From positions 11,270 through 75,269 of the forward strand of contig CAILYI010000279.1 of assembly GCA_903838415.1 (NCBI GenBank): a stretch of DNA of 64,000 nucleotides. Direction: 5' to 3'. Below, piece by piece: positions 10,595 through 21,670 of the stretch (the stretch's first letter is position 1; each line of letters starts with the position of its first letter). This DNA comes from an uncultured Anaerolineae bacterium (GTDB taxonomy: Bacteria > Chloroflexota > Anaerolineae > Anaerolineales > Villigracilaceae). Made by a program: the position numbers and the translations under genes. A model generated the notes under the pieces. That model was not told the origin of the DNA. It ran no database searches and saw nothing but the letters and a program-made list of their open reading frames with translations.

Positions 10595-12772
10595 TTATTT
10601 CAGGACGCTCAAATGTGCCAGGCTGGCTGCCAGGCGTTTGATGCCTACGCTATTGAAAACCACATCCACGATTTCATCGCCATCCTGGGCGCGGCTGTCG
10701 AGCACAATCCCTTCACCCCAACTGGGATGACTGACGCGTATCCCGGCCCGAAATTTTTGCTCGATAATTTGAGCGGGACGTGACGGCGATGGCAGAGTCC
10801 AGGTGGATTTGCTGCTCGCGGACCCGAAACCTGAATTCCGTTTCCCGGCGCGCCCCTGCCCGCTGACGAGTTCCGCTGGAACATCCCCCAGAAAACGGGA
10901 TTCAATCGTTTCCTCGGCATACCCTCGTCCGCCGCGGCGCATGGCGCGCAACAGATACAGGCGTTCCTTGGCGCGCGTGATGCCCACGTAAAACAGACGG
11001 CGTTCCTCCTCCATTTCTTCGGGCTCATCGAAGGAACGACTGTGTGGCAGAATCCCATCATCCAGGCCGACGATAAAGACGACGCCGAATTCCAGGCCTT
11101 TGGCGGCGTGCAAAGTCAACAGCGTGGGAACATTTCCCTCGCTGATGGTGTCCTGGTCAGAGATCAGGGCCACGTTCTCAAGGAATTCGGTCAGCGGTCG
11201 GGTTTCGTATTCATCCGCCAGGCGGTGAAGCTCGACCACGTTTTCCCAATGTTCCTTGCCTTCTTCGGTGCCATCGTCGAGATGGTCTTTGTAATGGATG
11301 TCCTGCGCGATCCGGTCGAACAGCTCGGAGATGGTGGCGGTGGCCGCGAAACTGTGCCAGGCCGAGAGCAGACCGCCGAAATCGGCCAGGGGCAGGGCCG
11401 CCCGTCCGGCAAATTGAGCAAAAAACGGGGAGTCAGAGCCGCGCGCCAGATCGAGCAGGATATCGCCCGAGGTCATCTGCGCCGTTTGGGCGGCGAGTCT
11501 CAGGGCCAGGACGGTCTTTTCCCCAATTCCGCGCGGTGGGACGTTGATGATGCGTCCGAGCGAAATATCATCATCCTTGTTTTGGACGAGGCGCAGAAAG
11601 GCGATGATGTCTTTCACTTCGCGGCGTCCGTAGAAGCGCTGTGCTCCTACCAGGCGGTAGGGCAGGCGCGCTTGCAAGAAAGTTTCTTCCAGCAGGCGGG
11701 ACATGGCGTTGGTGCGGTACATCACGGCGCAATCGCCGGGCTCAAACTGGCGGCTGGCGACGAGTTGCGCGATGGTATCGATGACGAAACTGGCTTCGCT
11801 GTAATCGTCGTTGGCTTCATAAAAAACGATCTTTTCGCCTTTGCCCAGGTCGCTGAAAAGCTGCTTGCGTTTGCGGCGCGGATTTCGGTCGATGACGGCC
11901 ATGGCGGCATCGAGAATTGTCTGGCGTGAGCGGTAGTTTTGTTCCAACAGGATGGTCTGGCAGCCGGGATGGTCTTCCTCGAAGCGCAGCACGTTGCGAT
12001 AATCTGCGCCGCGCCAACGGTAGACCGATTGATCGGGATCCCCAACGCAAAAAACGTTGTGATGCGCCGATGAAAGGTGCTTGATCAGGTTGTACTGGGC
12101 AATGTTGGTATCCTGGAATTCATCGACGAGCACATGACGAAAACGCTGGGCGTATTTTTCGCGCACATCGGGGTTATCGGCCAGCAGGTTGGTGGTCATC
12201 AGCAGCAGGTCGTCAAAATCGACGCCATTGGAGGCCTGCAGCAGTTCCTGGTAGCGTTTGTAGATGCGTTTGACGGCTTCGTCGCGGTAGGTGGTGATGG
12301 GGAAATCGGCGGGGCCGATCAATTCGTTTTTGGCGCGCGAAATCGCGGCATGGACGGCGACCGGGCGATAGAGTTTGTCACTGAGATTGAGTTCCTTGAG
12401 CGCGCTTTTCACCACCGATAGCTGGTCGTCGGCGTCAAAGATGACGAAATCGCCGCTGACAGGCAGTCTTTCAGACTCGCGTCGCAAAATCCGCGCACAG
12501 GTGGAGTGGAAAGTTCCCAGCAGCAGGCCGCGCGTCATTTCCTCGCCCAGCAATTGTTGGACGCGGTGTTCCATTTCGCGGGCGGCTTTGTTGGTGAAGG
12601 TGACCGCCAGCATCTGGTAGGGACGCACGCCCTCGTAGCCGATCAAATAGGCGATGCGCTGAGTCAGCACGCGGGTTTTGCCAGAGCCGGGGCCAGCCAG
12701 CACGAGTACCGGGCCATCGCCCGCCGTGACGGCGCTTTTCTGTGCAGGGTTGAGTTTGTCGAGGAAATCCAT
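10595..12772 (-). CDS. pcrA: ATP-dependent DNA helicase PcrA/UvrD (SF1)
   Basis: Contains 'LNPAQKSAV', Walker A 'AGPGSGKTRVL', 'VDEFQDTN', 'QNYRS' and 'TLHAAKGLEF', plus a C-terminal Tudor-like 'HPSWGEGIV' segment. Confidence 0.93.
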   Translation of the reverse strand: MDFLDKLNPAQKSAVTAGDGPVLVLAGPGSGKTRVLTQRIAYLIGYEGVRPYQMLAVTFTNKAAREMEHRVQQLLGEEMTRGLLLGTFHSTCARILRRESERLPVSGDFVIFDADDQLSVVKSALKELNLSDKLYRPVAVHAAISRAKNELIGPADFPITTYRDEAVKRIYKRYQELLQASNGVDFDDLLLMTTNLLADNPDVREKYAQRFRHVLVDEFQDTNIAQYNLIKHLSSAHHNVFCVGDPDQSVYRWRGADYRNVLRFEEDHPGCQTILLEQNYRSRQTILDAAMAVIDRNPRRKRKQLFSDLGKGEKIVFYEANDDYSEASFVIDTIAQLVASRQFEPGDCAVMYRTNAMSRLLEETFLQARLPYRLVGAQRFYGRREVKDIIAFLRLVQNKDDDISLGRIINVPPRGIGEKTVLALRLAAQTAQMTSGDILLDLARGSDSPFFAQFAGRAALPLADFGGLLSAWHSFAATATISELFDRIAQDIHYKDHLDDGTEEGKEHWENVVELHRLADEYETRPLTEFLENVALISDQDTISEGNVPTLLTLHAAKGLEFGVVFIVGLDDGILPHSRSFDEPEEMEEERRLFYVGITRAKERLYLLRAMRRGGRGYAEETIESRFLGDVPAELVSGQGRAGKRNSGFGSASSKSTWTLPSPSRPAQIIEQKFRAGIRVSHPSWGEGIVLDSRAQDGDEIVDVVFNSVGIKRLAASLAHLSVLK

Positions 12773-12835
12773 AGTGGAGTGATTATAACAAAAGTAGGGG
12801 CGACCCAACGGGTCGCCCCTACCAGATGATGATGT

Positions 12836-13270
12836 TTACAACTGTGAAGTGCAATTTGGACAGCGCGTTGCCTTGAGCGGGATTTCCGTTACGCAATGCG
12901 GGCAGGTTTTGCTGGTGGGCTCGGCAGCGATGACCGGCGCAGGTTTTGTCATGTGGTTCATCTGGCGGATGACCAGGAAGATTACGAAAGCCACGATGAT
13001 GAAGTCAAAAATGGTATTTAGAAACAGGCCGTAATTGAGAGTGGCAGCTCCAGCGGCTTTGGCGTCTGCCAGGGTGGCGAAACCTTTCCCGGAGAGATCG
13101 ATAAAAAGATCAGCGAAATTGACTCGCCCCAACAGCATCCCAATCGGTGGCATGATTATGTCATTGACCAGTGATGTGACAATCTTGCCAAAGGCTCCGC
13201 CGATGATGACGCCGACCGCCAGGTCGATGACGTTGCCGCGCATTGCAAATTCCTTGAATTCTTTTAACAT
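12836..13270 (-). CDS. mscL: Large-conductance mechanosensitive channel MscL with a C-terminal CxxC...CxxC zinc-ribbon tail
   Basis: '[27 protein letters not shown]' is the MscL TM1 signature. The tail is '[20 protein letters not shown]'. GGAGG precedes the ATG at 13270. Confidence 0.9.
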   Translation of the reverse strand: MLKEFKEFAMRGNVIDLAVGVIIGGAFGKIVTSLVNDIIMPPIGMLLGRVNFADLFIDLSGKGFATLADAKAAGAATLNYGLFLNTIFDFIIVAFVIFLVIRQMNHMTKPAPVIAAEPTSKTCPHCVTEIPLKATRCPNCTSQL

Positions 13271-13414
13271 TAAAAACCTCCTGATAGAATATGGAAAATT
13301 GATTACGGACAAATTGTATCGTCATGGAAGCACACTGTCAACGTGGGCAAACGGAGCGGCGGAGAAAAGCCTTTTCTCCGGAGAACTTTCAGTTTTGTTG
13401 AAGTAGAGGCCTAA

Positions 13415-13442
13415 TTGACGCACTTCTGAATTAGTGTATAAT
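13415..13442 (+). promoter_or_regulatory. Sigma-70-type promoter for ABC operon 1
   Basis: TTGACG (13415-13420), a 16-nt spacer ending in TG (extended -10), then TATAAT (13437-13442). Confidence 0.6.
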
Positions 13443-13518
13443 CTTAATGCCTGTTTTGTAGTACTATAAGCAGACGAGATGGTTCCAATAAAACCAACAA
13501 AGCAAAGGACCTACGCGG

Positions 13519-14511
13519 ATGCCCGAATTGCTACTCGATGTTCAAGGGCTCGAAACCCAGTTCCGCACTCCTGATGGAGTTGTTCATGCAGTAAACGGCG
13601 TTTCCTTCGGGTTAAAAGAAGGTGAGACGCTGGGGGTGGTCGGTGAATCCGGTTGTGGCAAGAGCGTCACTATGCTTTCAGCTCTTCGTCTGATCCCATC
13701 CCCACCAGGTAAAGTAACGGCGGGAAAAGCATTTTACCGTGGTCAAGATTTGCTCAAAATGACCGATGAAGAAATTCGCCACATTCGTGGTGCCCACATT
13801 GCCATGATTTTTCAGGACCCGATGACTTCGCTCAACCCGGTTTTGACCGTGGAGCGGCAGATGACCGAGTCGTTGGAGTTGCATCTGGGCATGACGCGCG
13901 ACCAGGCTCGTAACCGCTCCGCTGAACTGCTGGCCATGGTGGGAATTCCGAATCCAAAAGACCGTCTGAAGGATTTTCCGCACCAATTTTCGGGCGGCAT
14001 GCGTCAGCGTGTGATGATTGCGATGGCCCTGGCCTGCAATCCACAAATTTTGATCGCGGACGAACCAACCACCGCGCTCGATGTGACCATCCAGGCGCAG
14101 ATTGTGGAGCTTGTAAAACGTCTGCGTGACGAATTGGGCATGGCAATTATCTGGATTACGCACGACCTCGGCATTGTCGCCGGGCTGGCCCAGCGCGTGG
14201 TGGTGATGTATGGCGGATTTATTATCGAAGATTCGCCTGTCAAAGAACTGTATGCCAATCCACAGCATCCTTATACGATTGGTCTGTTGGGCAGCATTCC
14301 TCGTGTGGATGGTGTCAAACACGGCAAGCTTTACTCAATCGAAGGTCTCCCCCCAACCCTCTATCAAAAACCGACAAGTTGTCCCTTTGCGCCGCGCTGC
14401 CAGTGGGCGATGGAACGCTGTACCAAGGAAAATCCTGCCCTTGAAGAAATTGCTCCGGAACATCGGGTGTCTTGCTGGGTAGAACCCAAAACCGGGAGAC
14501 CACGCAAATGA
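13519..14511 (+). CDS. Peptide/nickel ABC transporter ATP-binding protein (OppD/DppD type)
   Basis: Walker A 'GESGCGKS', signature 'FSGGMRQR' and Walker B '[11 protein letters not shown]'. The C-terminal Cys-rich oligopeptide-ATPase extension is present. Confidence 0.92.
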   Translation: MPELLLDVQGLETQFRTPDGVVHAVNGVSFGLKEGETLGVVGESGCGKSVTMLSALRLIPSPPGKVTAGKAFYRGQDLLKMTDEEIRHIRGAHIAMIFQDPMTSLNPVLTVERQMTESLELHLGMTRDQARNRSAELLAMVGIPNPKDRLKDFPHQFSGGMRQRVMIAMALACNPQILIADEPTTALDVTIQAQIVELVKRLRDELGMAIIWITHDLGIVAGLAQRVVVMYGGFIIEDSPVKELYANPQHPYTIGLLGSIPRVDGVKHGKLYSIEGLPPTLYQKPTSCPFAPRCQWAMERCTKENPALEEIAPEHRVSCWVEPKTGRPRK

Positions 14512-15482
14512 CCGAAGAAACCCTGCTCCGCGTAGAAAACCTGTATAAGCATTTTCCGATTTTCAAGGGATTTATCCAACGCCAGGTGGGCGCTGTGCAT
14601 GCCGTCGATGGAGTTTCTTTTACCGTCAAGCGTGGTGAGACTCTGGGTCTGGTGGGCGAATCGGGCTGCGGCAAGTCAACCACCGGGCGTACCATTTTGC
14701 AACTTTACCGCCCCACGGCAGGTCATGTCTTTTTTGAAGATGTTGATCTGGCATCGATCAAGGGCGAAGACTTGCGCCGTATGCGCCGCAAGATGCAGAT
14801 GATTTTTCAGGATCCGTACGCCAGCCTTAATCCACGCATGACGGTGGGGGAAATTGTCGGCGAGCCCCTGATTGTGCATAATTCCGCCAGCGGCAAGGAA
14901 GTTAATGAACGTGTGGCTGAATTGCTTGATCTGGTGCGACTCAACCCTTCGTTTGCCTCGCGTTACCCGCATGAATTTTCCGGTGGACAGCGTCAGCGTG
15001 TGGGGGTTGCCCGCGCCCTGGCTTTGCAACCATCTTTTATCGTTTGTGATGAACCCATTTCTGCGCTGGATGTTTCCATCCAGGCCCAGGTGGTCAACTT
15101 GCTTGAAGACCTGCAAAAACAATTCGGGCTGACGTATCTGTTCATCGCCCATGATCTCTCCATGGTACGGCATATCAGCGACCGCGTGGCCGTGATGTAC
15201 CTGGGCATCATTGTGGAACTTGCCGCTCGCGACGAGCTCTACACTGACCCACGTCATCCATATACGCAGGCGCTGCTCTCAGCCGTGCCGATTCCGGATC
15301 CAACCGTGGAAGAAAGCCGCAAGCGCACAATCCTGGAAGGGGATGTGCCTTCCCCGGTTAATCCACCCTCGGGATGCCGCTTCCGCACCCGTTGCCCGAT
15401 CGCCAAGGAAATCTGCGCTGAAACCCAACCTGAGTTTCGCGAGATTGCTCCAGGCCATTTTGTTGCCTGCTACTTTGCCTAG
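14508..15482 (+). CDS. Peptide/nickel ABC transporter ATP-binding protein (OppF/DppF type)
   Basis: ATGA overlap with the upstream stop codon. Contains 'GESGCGKST', '[15 protein letters not shown]' and '[10 protein letters not shown]'. Confidence 0.92.
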   Translation: MTEETLLRVENLYKHFPIFKGFIQRQVGAVHAVDGVSFTVKRGETLGLVGESGCGKSTTGRTILQLYRPTAGHVFFEDVDLASIKGEDLRRMRRKMQMIFQDPYASLNPRMTVGEIVGEPLIVHNSASGKEVNERVAELLDLVRLNPSFASRYPHEFSGGQRQRVGVARALALQPSFIVCDEPISALDVSIQAQVVNLLEDLQKQFGLTYLFIAHDLSMVRHISDRVAVMYLGIIVELAARDELYTDPRHPYTQALLSAVPIPDPTVEESRKRTILEGDVPSPVNPPSGCRFRTRCPIAKEICAETQPEFREIAPGHFVACYFA

Positions 15483-15567
15483 TCAAAAGGAGGTGGTCTG
15501 TTCACAAATCTAAACATTCACCCTTTGTCCGTATCCACATCCAACTTTTATCAAGAGGAGAAGATCT

Positions 15568-17361
15568 ATGCGTAAGTTATTTGTTGTTTTGAGCGCCCTG
15601 ATTGTGGCCAGCATGTTGCTCTCTGCCTGCGGCGCCCCCGCCACCCCCGCGACTGTCGTCCAGACCGTTGTGGTTGCCGGTACCCCTGAAGTCCAGGTCG
15701 TCGTTGCGACCCCGGCTCCCGAAGCCAAGCCTGCCGTGCTGCGCGTTAACACCAGCACCTACCCGGATATCATTGACCCGCAGAAGTCGTCTTTCGTCAA
15801 TGAAATCGCCCACCTGAACAAAGTGTACATGGGCCTGACCGCTCTCAATGAAAAACTCGAAACCGTCCCCGGTTCCGCCGAGAGCTGGAAATTCAATGAC
15901 GATGCCACCCAGCTGACCTTCACCCTCAAAAAGGACCTGAAATACAGCGATGGTTCCGTTCTGAACGCCATGCGCTTCGCGTTTGCTTTCCAGCGCAATA
16001 TCGACCCCGCCACCGCCGGTGAATATGCTTCCATTACCGATGAAATCGCTGGCGCTCCTGAATGGCGCGCTGCCGATACGGCCGCTGCCGATTACGACCC
16101 CGCCACATTTATTGCAGCCCTGGGTATCAAAGCCTCGCATGCTGACGGCGCTGCCTGCGTCGATTACGAAGATGTCGCTTGCGATACCCTGACTTTGAAT
16201 TTCTCGAAGCCTGCTCCTTACTTCGCGACCATCGCGGGCATCTGGGTGGCTTATCCTGCCAAGGAAGAGAACATTTCAGCTGGCGGCGATATTTGGTGGA
16301 CCAGCTCTGTCTACCAGATCGGAAATGGCCCCTATATCTGGAAGAGCGTTGAGCCCTTCGTGAAGTCTGTCTTCACCCCCAACCCCCTTTACGCTGGCCC
16401 GGCCATCCCAACTTATGATATTGAATTCCGTTATATCACAGACAGCGCTGTGGCTATGGCTGCCTATCAGAACAACGAACTCGATGTGATTGTCTCTGCG
16501 GCGGAAGACCTGCCTGTGATCGAAGCTGATCCTGCTTTGACTGCCGAGCATGTCAAATACGCAGGTTCCTGCACCACCAAAATCCAGTTCAACCTGCACC
16601 CGACCTGGAATGGCAACCCCAATCCGTTCTCCGACAAGAAAGTTCGCGAAGCCTTTGCGTTCGCTTACGATGCCGAAGGTTGGGTCACTGCTGTGGATGG
16701 CGGGCTTGGCTCAGCCACCTGGAGTTGGATCCCCAATGGCTATCCTGGTTATGATGCCAACTCCCCACTCAAATTCGATGTTGCAGCCGCCAAAGCCGCT
16801 CTTGCTGCCGCATCCGAGCCCTTCAACACTCCCGAAAAACTGAACGCGCTTGGTCTCAAAATGACTTACTCTGACAGCGCCCGCAACCGCGCGCGCCATG
16901 AGTGGCTGGCTGCCAACTACAAAGCCAACCTTGGTGTTGACCTTGCCCTCGACCCGGTTGATGCCACCACCTACACCGCTCTCCAGAAAGATCCCACCAC
17001 CTTCCCGCTCTTGGGCCGTGGCGGTTGGTGCGCGGACTACCCGGATCCCCAAAACTGGCTCTCCGTTTACTGGCGCTCTGATACTACCTTTGCCAGTCGC
17101 CCAGGTTATGCCAACGCCGAGTTCGACAAACTGGTCAATGAAGCTGACACCACCGTTGATCCCGCCAAGCGCGCTGATCTGTACAAACAGGCTCAGCAGG
17201 TTATGCTCGCCGATATTCCGGCCGCTTTCGGTTACAACTCCCTCAACCACTTCTTGGTGAAGCCGTGGGTCAAGGGTTTCAATACCACTCCGCAGGACGG
17301 CGAATTCCCCGGCGATGTGACCCCTTGGACCATCACGATCGACACCACCATGATCCCGTAA
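15568..17361 (+). CDS. ABC transporter substrate-binding lipoprotein, family 5 (peptide/oligosaccharide)
   Basis: Signal peptide with 'LLSAC' lipobox and an Ala/Pro/Thr/Val linker, followed by an SBP_bac_5-like body. GAGGAG SD is present. Confidence 0.88.
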   Translation: MRKLFVVLSALIVASMLLSACGAPATPATVVQTVVVAGTPEVQVVVATPAPEAKPAVLRVNTSTYPDIIDPQKSSFVNEIAHLNKVYMGLTALNEKLETVPGSAESWKFNDDATQLTFTLKKDLKYSDGSVLNAMRFAFAFQRNIDPATAGEYASITDEIAGAPEWRAADTAAADYDPATFIAALGIKASHADGAACVDYEDVACDTLTLNFSKPAPYFATIAGIWVAYPAKEENISAGGDIWWTSSVYQIGNGPYIWKSVEPFVKSVFTPNPLYAGPAIPTYDIEFRYITDSAVAMAAYQNNELDVIVSAAEDLPVIEADPALTAEHVKYAGSCTTKIQFNLHPTWNGNPNPFSDKKVREAFAFAYDAEGWVTAVDGGLGSATWSWIPNGYPGYDANSPLKFDVAAAKAALAAASEPFNTPEKLNALGLKMTYSDSARNRARHEWLAANYKANLGVDLALDPVDATTYTALQKDPTTFPLLGRGGWCADYPDPQNWLSVYWRSDTTFASRPGYANAEFDKLVNEADTTVDPAKRADLYKQAQQVMLADIPAAFGYNSLNHFLVKPWVKGFNTTPQDGEFPGDVTPWTITIDTTMIP

Positions 17362-17384
17362 GTTTGTAAGCCTTTGTTTCACCC

Positions 17385-17412
17385 GGGCTGGTCGGATAAC
17401 TCCGACCAGCCC
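17385..17412 (+). other. Intra-operon 12-bp perfect stem-loop just after the binding-protein gene
   Basis: GGGCTGGTCGGA-taac-TCCGACCAGCCC with no immediate T-run. This is typical of mRNA-stabilizing or partial-terminator hairpins after SBP genes. Confidence 0.6.
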
Positions 17413-17518
17413 GCTCTTCCGAAAAATCTTTTTCTGTCATTATTTTTATTTTTCTGTTGGTTGAATCGCCTGCAAAGCTTTAATCGAAGATCTATTGTGC
17501 GTTATTGGAGAAGTTCCA

Positions 17519-18520
17519 ATGTCAACATATTTCCTGCGTCGTTTCTTGTGGTTGATCCCGGTACTAATCACTGTTTCACTGGTGACTTTTATTATCATGC
17601 GCAGTGCCCCCGGCGGCCCGTGGGATACCAGCGAAGAACGCCGGCAGGTGGATGCTTCCACTCAGAAATCGCTGAACGCCTATTATGGGTTGGATAAACC
17701 CATGTGGCGGCAGTTTGTTGGTTATATCATTGGCGATGTAAATTCGCAGACCGGCAAATATGCCTGTGGTCTGATTTGTGGCAACCTTGGCCCTTCCTAT
17801 CGCCAACGCGGTAGAACAGTTCAGGGTATTTTGTTTGGAGCGCCGGAAGGAAAGACTTTCTGGGAAAGCCGCTTCGGTTACTCGCTGCGCCTGGGCGGTT
17901 TGGCGCTTAGTTTTGCAATAATTTTTGGCATTCCGATCGGGGTGATCGCGGCCCTCAAACAAAATACACTTTGGGATTATTTCGGTCTGTTTTTGGCCAC
18001 TAGCGGCATCTCGGTGCCCAGCTTTGTGCTGGCCATCTTTTTGATCATTATCTTCGGTACCTGGCTGCATTGGATTAATATCATCGTAGACGATTGGACG
18101 CAGTTTAAATACTGGCTGATGCCGGCCCTAGTCTTGGGTTTTGGTACCATGGCTTTTACTGCGCGACTAACGCGCTCGGCCATGCTCGAAGTGCTGCGCC
18201 AAGATTATGTGCGCACGGCGCGTTCCAAGGGTCTGGCTGAACGGGTGGTCGTCATCCGCCACATGCTTAAAAATGCGCTCATTCCAGTGATTACCATTCT
18301 GGGCCCGGCGCTGGCTGGCTTGGTCACTGGTTCGTTCGTGATCGAGACCATGTTCAGTTTCCCTGGTATGGGCCGCGCCTATGTTAGCGCAATCGGTCAG
18401 CGTGATTACTCGATGATCATGGGTACGACGGTCATCTATGCCTTACTGGTTGCAGTGGCTAACCTGAGTGTGGACTTTGTGTATGTTTTGATCGATCCAC
18501 GCATCCGGTTGGAAGACTAA
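17519..18520 (+). CDS. ABC transporter permease (DppB/OppB type)
   Basis: The N-terminus 'YFLRRFLWLIPVLITVSLVTFIIM' and the EAA-like 'YVRTARSKGL' segment. Confidence 0.9.
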   Translation: MSTYFLRRFLWLIPVLITVSLVTFIIMRSAPGGPWDTSEERRQVDASTQKSLNAYYGLDKPMWRQFVGYIIGDVNSQTGKYACGLICGNLGPSYRQRGRTVQGILFGAPEGKTFWESRFGYSLRLGGLALSFAIIFGIPIGVIAALKQNTLWDYFGLFLATSGISVPSFVLAIFLIIIFGTWLHWINIIVDDWTQFKYWLMPALVLGFGTMAFTARLTRSAMLEVLRQDYVRTARSKGLAERVVVIRHMLKNALIPVITILGPALAGLVTGSFVIETMFSFPGMGRAYVSAIGQRDYSMIMGTTVIYALLVAVANLSVDFVYVLIDPRIRLED

Positions 18521-18540
18521 AAGACGTTAGGAGCAAAGGC

Positions 18541-19530
18541 ATGTCTGAAACTGAAGCAGAGAAGAAACAAAAAATTGCCGACCTTGATGTTTACCGCGCC
18601 GGCCGCAGCCTGGGCCAGGAAGCCTGGTATCGCTTGATTCGCAACAAGGCGGCTGTGGTTGGTATGTTTATTATTGCCTTTTTTGTACTGCTGGCGATTT
18701 TTGCCTCAGTGATTGTGCCGGAAAACCCACTACAGATCAATGCTGGCAAACGCTTTTTGCCGCCGCCATTCTATACCACCGGTTTAACCAAAACACAACC
18801 TGATCCCAGATTTTTACTTGGCACGGATTCACTGGGCCGTGATGTCTTGAGCCGTGTCATCTATGGTTCGCGCGTCTCCATGGTGGTCGGTTTTATTCCC
18901 ACTACCATCATTCTGGTGATGGGAACCATGATCGGCATGATCGCCGGCTACATTGGCGGGCGCTGGGATAATATCTTGATGCGTATCACCGATGTCATCT
19001 ACGCCTTCCCGGACCTGTTGTTCTTTATTATCGTCATGGTCGCCCTGCGCGACTCTTTCATCGGTCAGTTGATGAATGGCATGATCCTGCTTTTCGCAGC
19101 ATTGGCAATTGTCAACTGGGTGGGCGTGGCGCGCCTGATACGCGGGCAGGTGCTTTCGATCAAGGAAAAGGAATACATCGAAGCCGCGCGCTGTATTGGC
19201 GTCAAGGACGTGCGCATCATGACCCGCCATATTCTTCCCAATAGCCTGGGGCCGTTGATCGTCAGCGCAGCCTTCAGCATTCCCGGATTAATCATTACCG
19301 AGGCTATTCTGGGCTATCTAGGTATCGGACTGCGCCCTTCCACTGACCCAGCGGCCTTCTTTATTACCAGTTGGGGTGTGTTGATGCTGGATGGTCAGAG
19401 CGCCATCAATTCCCAGCCATTTATATTACTTTCTCCCGCGGTGTGTGTGGCGCTCGTCGTACTGGCTTTCACCTTCCTGGGCGATGGCTTGCGTGACGCG
19501 CTCGACCCACGCATGCGCGGAACTCAGTAA
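18541..19530 (+). CDS. ABC transporter permease (DppC/OppC type)
   Basis: Contains 'LLGTDSLGRDVLSRVIYG' and 'YIEAARCIGV'. Confidence 0.9.
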   Translation: MSETEAEKKQKIADLDVYRAGRSLGQEAWYRLIRNKAAVVGMFIIAFFVLLAIFASVIVPENPLQINAGKRFLPPPFYTTGLTKTQPDPRFLLGTDSLGRDVLSRVIYGSRVSMVVGFIPTTIILVMGTMIGMIAGYIGGRWDNILMRITDVIYAFPDLLFFIIVMVALRDSFIGQLMNGMILLFAALAIVNWVGVARLIRGQVLSIKEKEYIEAARCIGVKDVRIMTRHILPNSLGPLIVSAAFSIPGLIITEAILGYLGIGLRPSTDPAAFFITSWGVLMLDGQSAINSQPFILLSPAVCVALVVLAFTFLGDGLRDALDPRMRGTQ

Positions 19531-19562
19531 GTTCGCGCTTGCCCTAAAAGAAAAGTTGGGAT

Positions 19563-19594
19563 AGGATTCAGGTACGCCTGAATCCTGTTTTTTT
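19563..19594 (+). terminator. Rho-independent terminator after the permease genes
   Basis: Stem aggattcagg/cctgaatcct with a tacg loop, followed by GTTTTTTT. Confidence 0.8.
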
Positions 19595-19606
19595 ATGGAG
19601 GTGTCT

Positions 19607-21556
19607 ATGCACAGGAAGCGTAATTCCCTATATTTTGCTATTTTTGTCCTTGGGTTGATGCTCTCAGCCTGCAATGCCGCGGCTGGAAAGACCGGCACGC
19701 CAGCGCCTGCAGAGTCGCCAATCGCTACGCTTCAACCGGCGCCCACCCCCACTGCGTTGCCTCGCCTGCTGACAATTTGTACCGGCCAGGAACCCAACAG
19801 CCTGTATCCGTTTGGCACGCTTAATCTGGCGGCGCGCAGCGTGCTGGGAGCCATATACGATGGCCCCATCGACACCTTCACCAATGGATATCGGGCGGTC
19901 ATCCTCCAAAAAATCCCGGCCATCGGAAAAGATGATGTGCAGGTGGCCGCGGTATCTGTCAAACGCGGAGAAACCGTGGTGGATACCGCTGGAAACCCGG
20001 CAGTGCTGGATATTGGCGTGAAGGTTTTTCCCAGCGGCTGCACAGATGAGGCCTGCGCCATCCAATATGACGGCCGCAGCGATTTGCAGATGGATCAACT
20101 GGTGGTGACCTTCCGCCTGCTGCCGAATCTCACCTGGTCTGACGGCACTCCGCTGACGGCCGCCGATTCCGTTTTTGCGTTTACGCTGGCCTCTGACCCG
20201 GCTACACCGGGTTCGAAATACCTGATCGATCGCACCAAAACCTATGAAGTGGCCGACGATCTGACGGCGCAGTGGTGGGGCTTGCCGGGATTTCACGACG
20301 CTTCCTACGCTGATAATTTTTGGCCGCCGCTCCCCAAACATCTCTGGGAAAAAATCCCCGCCGCGGAACTGGCCAAAGCTGATGTCAAAGCCCACCCTCC
20401 AATGGGTTGGGGGCCATACGTTTTTAAGGAATGGGTTGTGGGAGAGTATATTCACCTCGACAAAAATCCCGCCTACTTCCGCGCCGCTGAAAATTTCCCC
20501 CGTTTCGACAGTCTCACATTCCGCTTCGTTAAAGATGCGCCCACCGGCGTCAGCGCCTTGATTGCCGGTCAATGCGATATTTTGGATACCAGCCTGCGCC
20601 TTGATGGCGAAATTGAATTATTGACCGAATTGGCGCGCAACAACCAGGTGAAACTGGTTACTTCCACCACGCCGCTGATCGAGCGCCTGGATTTTGGGAT
20701 TCGCCCCGCTTCGTACGATGACGGCTATGCTCCCGGAATTGGCGATCGCCAGGATATTTTGGGCGATGTGCGCACCCGCCAAGGGATCGCGTACTGTCTT
20801 GACCGGCAAAAGGTCGTCAATACCGTTTTGGGCGGCCTGTCGGAATTTCCGAATAGCTTTATTTCATCGCAGCATCTTCTTTATGATGACCAGATAGCAA
20901 AATATCCCTTTGACGTTAATCAGGGCATTGCCTTGTTGGAGCAGGCGGGCTGGGTGGATGCCGATAATAACCCCGCCACTCCCCGCGTGGCCAATACCGT
21001 CAGCGGGGTTTCGATGGGCACGCCGCTGACGCTGAATTATTGGACAACTTCCGCCCTGCAGCGGCGACAGGTGAGCGAGGTTTTATCCCAATCACTGACG
21101 GAATGCGGCGTGGGCGTCAACTTGCAATATTTCAGCCAGGATGAACTGTATGCTCCAGGCCCGGATGGCCCGCTATTTGGGCGGAAATTTGACCTGGTTG
21201 AATATGCCATCGGCAGTACCGGCGCTGAGCCGCCATGTTCCTGGTTTACCAGCCAACAGATTCCGGCCAGTTCCAATAAATGGCTAGGCGTAAATATCAG
21301 CGGATATTCCAACCCTGATTACGATGCCGCCTGTCGTAAGGCCATGCTAATGCTGCCAGGCCAGGACGAATATAAAAATTCATATGCCGCAGTCCAAACC
21401 ATTTTCGCCAATGACTTGCCATCTGTGCCGCTGTACATGCGCATCAAAGTCGCTGTTGCGCGGCCCGATATGTGCGACTTTAGCCTGAACGCTTTTGCCG
21501 TGAATGACCTGTGGAATATCGAAGGATTGGATTATGGTTCTGCCTGTGGCGGTTAG
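19607..21556 (+). CDS. Second family-5 ABC substrate-binding lipoprotein
   Basis: 'LMLSAC' lipobox and an SBP_bac_5-like body. GGAGG lies 5 nt before the ATG at 19607. Confidence 0.85.
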   Translation: MHRKRNSLYFAIFVLGLMLSACNAAAGKTGTPAPAESPIATLQPAPTPTALPRLLTICTGQEPNSLYPFGTLNLAARSVLGAIYDGPIDTFTNGYRAVILQKIPAIGKDDVQVAAVSVKRGETVVDTAGNPAVLDIGVKVFPSGCTDEACAIQYDGRSDLQMDQLVVTFRLLPNLTWSDGTPLTAADSVFAFTLASDPATPGSKYLIDRTKTYEVADDLTAQWWGLPGFHDASYADNFWPPLPKHLWEKIPAAELAKADVKAHPPMGWGPYVFKEWVVGEYIHLDKNPAYFRAAENFPRFDSLTFRFVKDAPTGVSALIAGQCDILDTSLRLDGEIELLTELARNNQVKLVTSTTPLIERLDFGIRPASYDDGYAPGIGDRQDILGDVRTRQGIAYCLDRQKVVNTVLGGLSEFPNSFISSQHLLYDDQIAKYPFDVNQGIALLEQAGWVDADNNPATPRVANTVSGVSMGTPLTLNYWTTSALQRRQVSEVLSQSLTECGVGVNLQYFSQDELYAPGPDGPLFGRKFDLVEYAIGSTGAEPPCSWFTSQQIPASSNKWLGVNISGYSNPDYDAACRKAMLMLPGQDEYKNSYAAVQTIFANDLPSVPLYMRIKVAVARPDMCDFSLNAFAVNDLWNIEGLDYGSACGG

Positions 21557-21670
21557 CGCTGCCGGTGTATAGGCCGAAACGGAAATTCTTGATTTTGACC
21601 AGCTTTCGTCCTGAGTGCCCTTTTTAGCGACTTTACCATCGCAATCTTCCTCCAAGGCTGTGCTTTTTTC

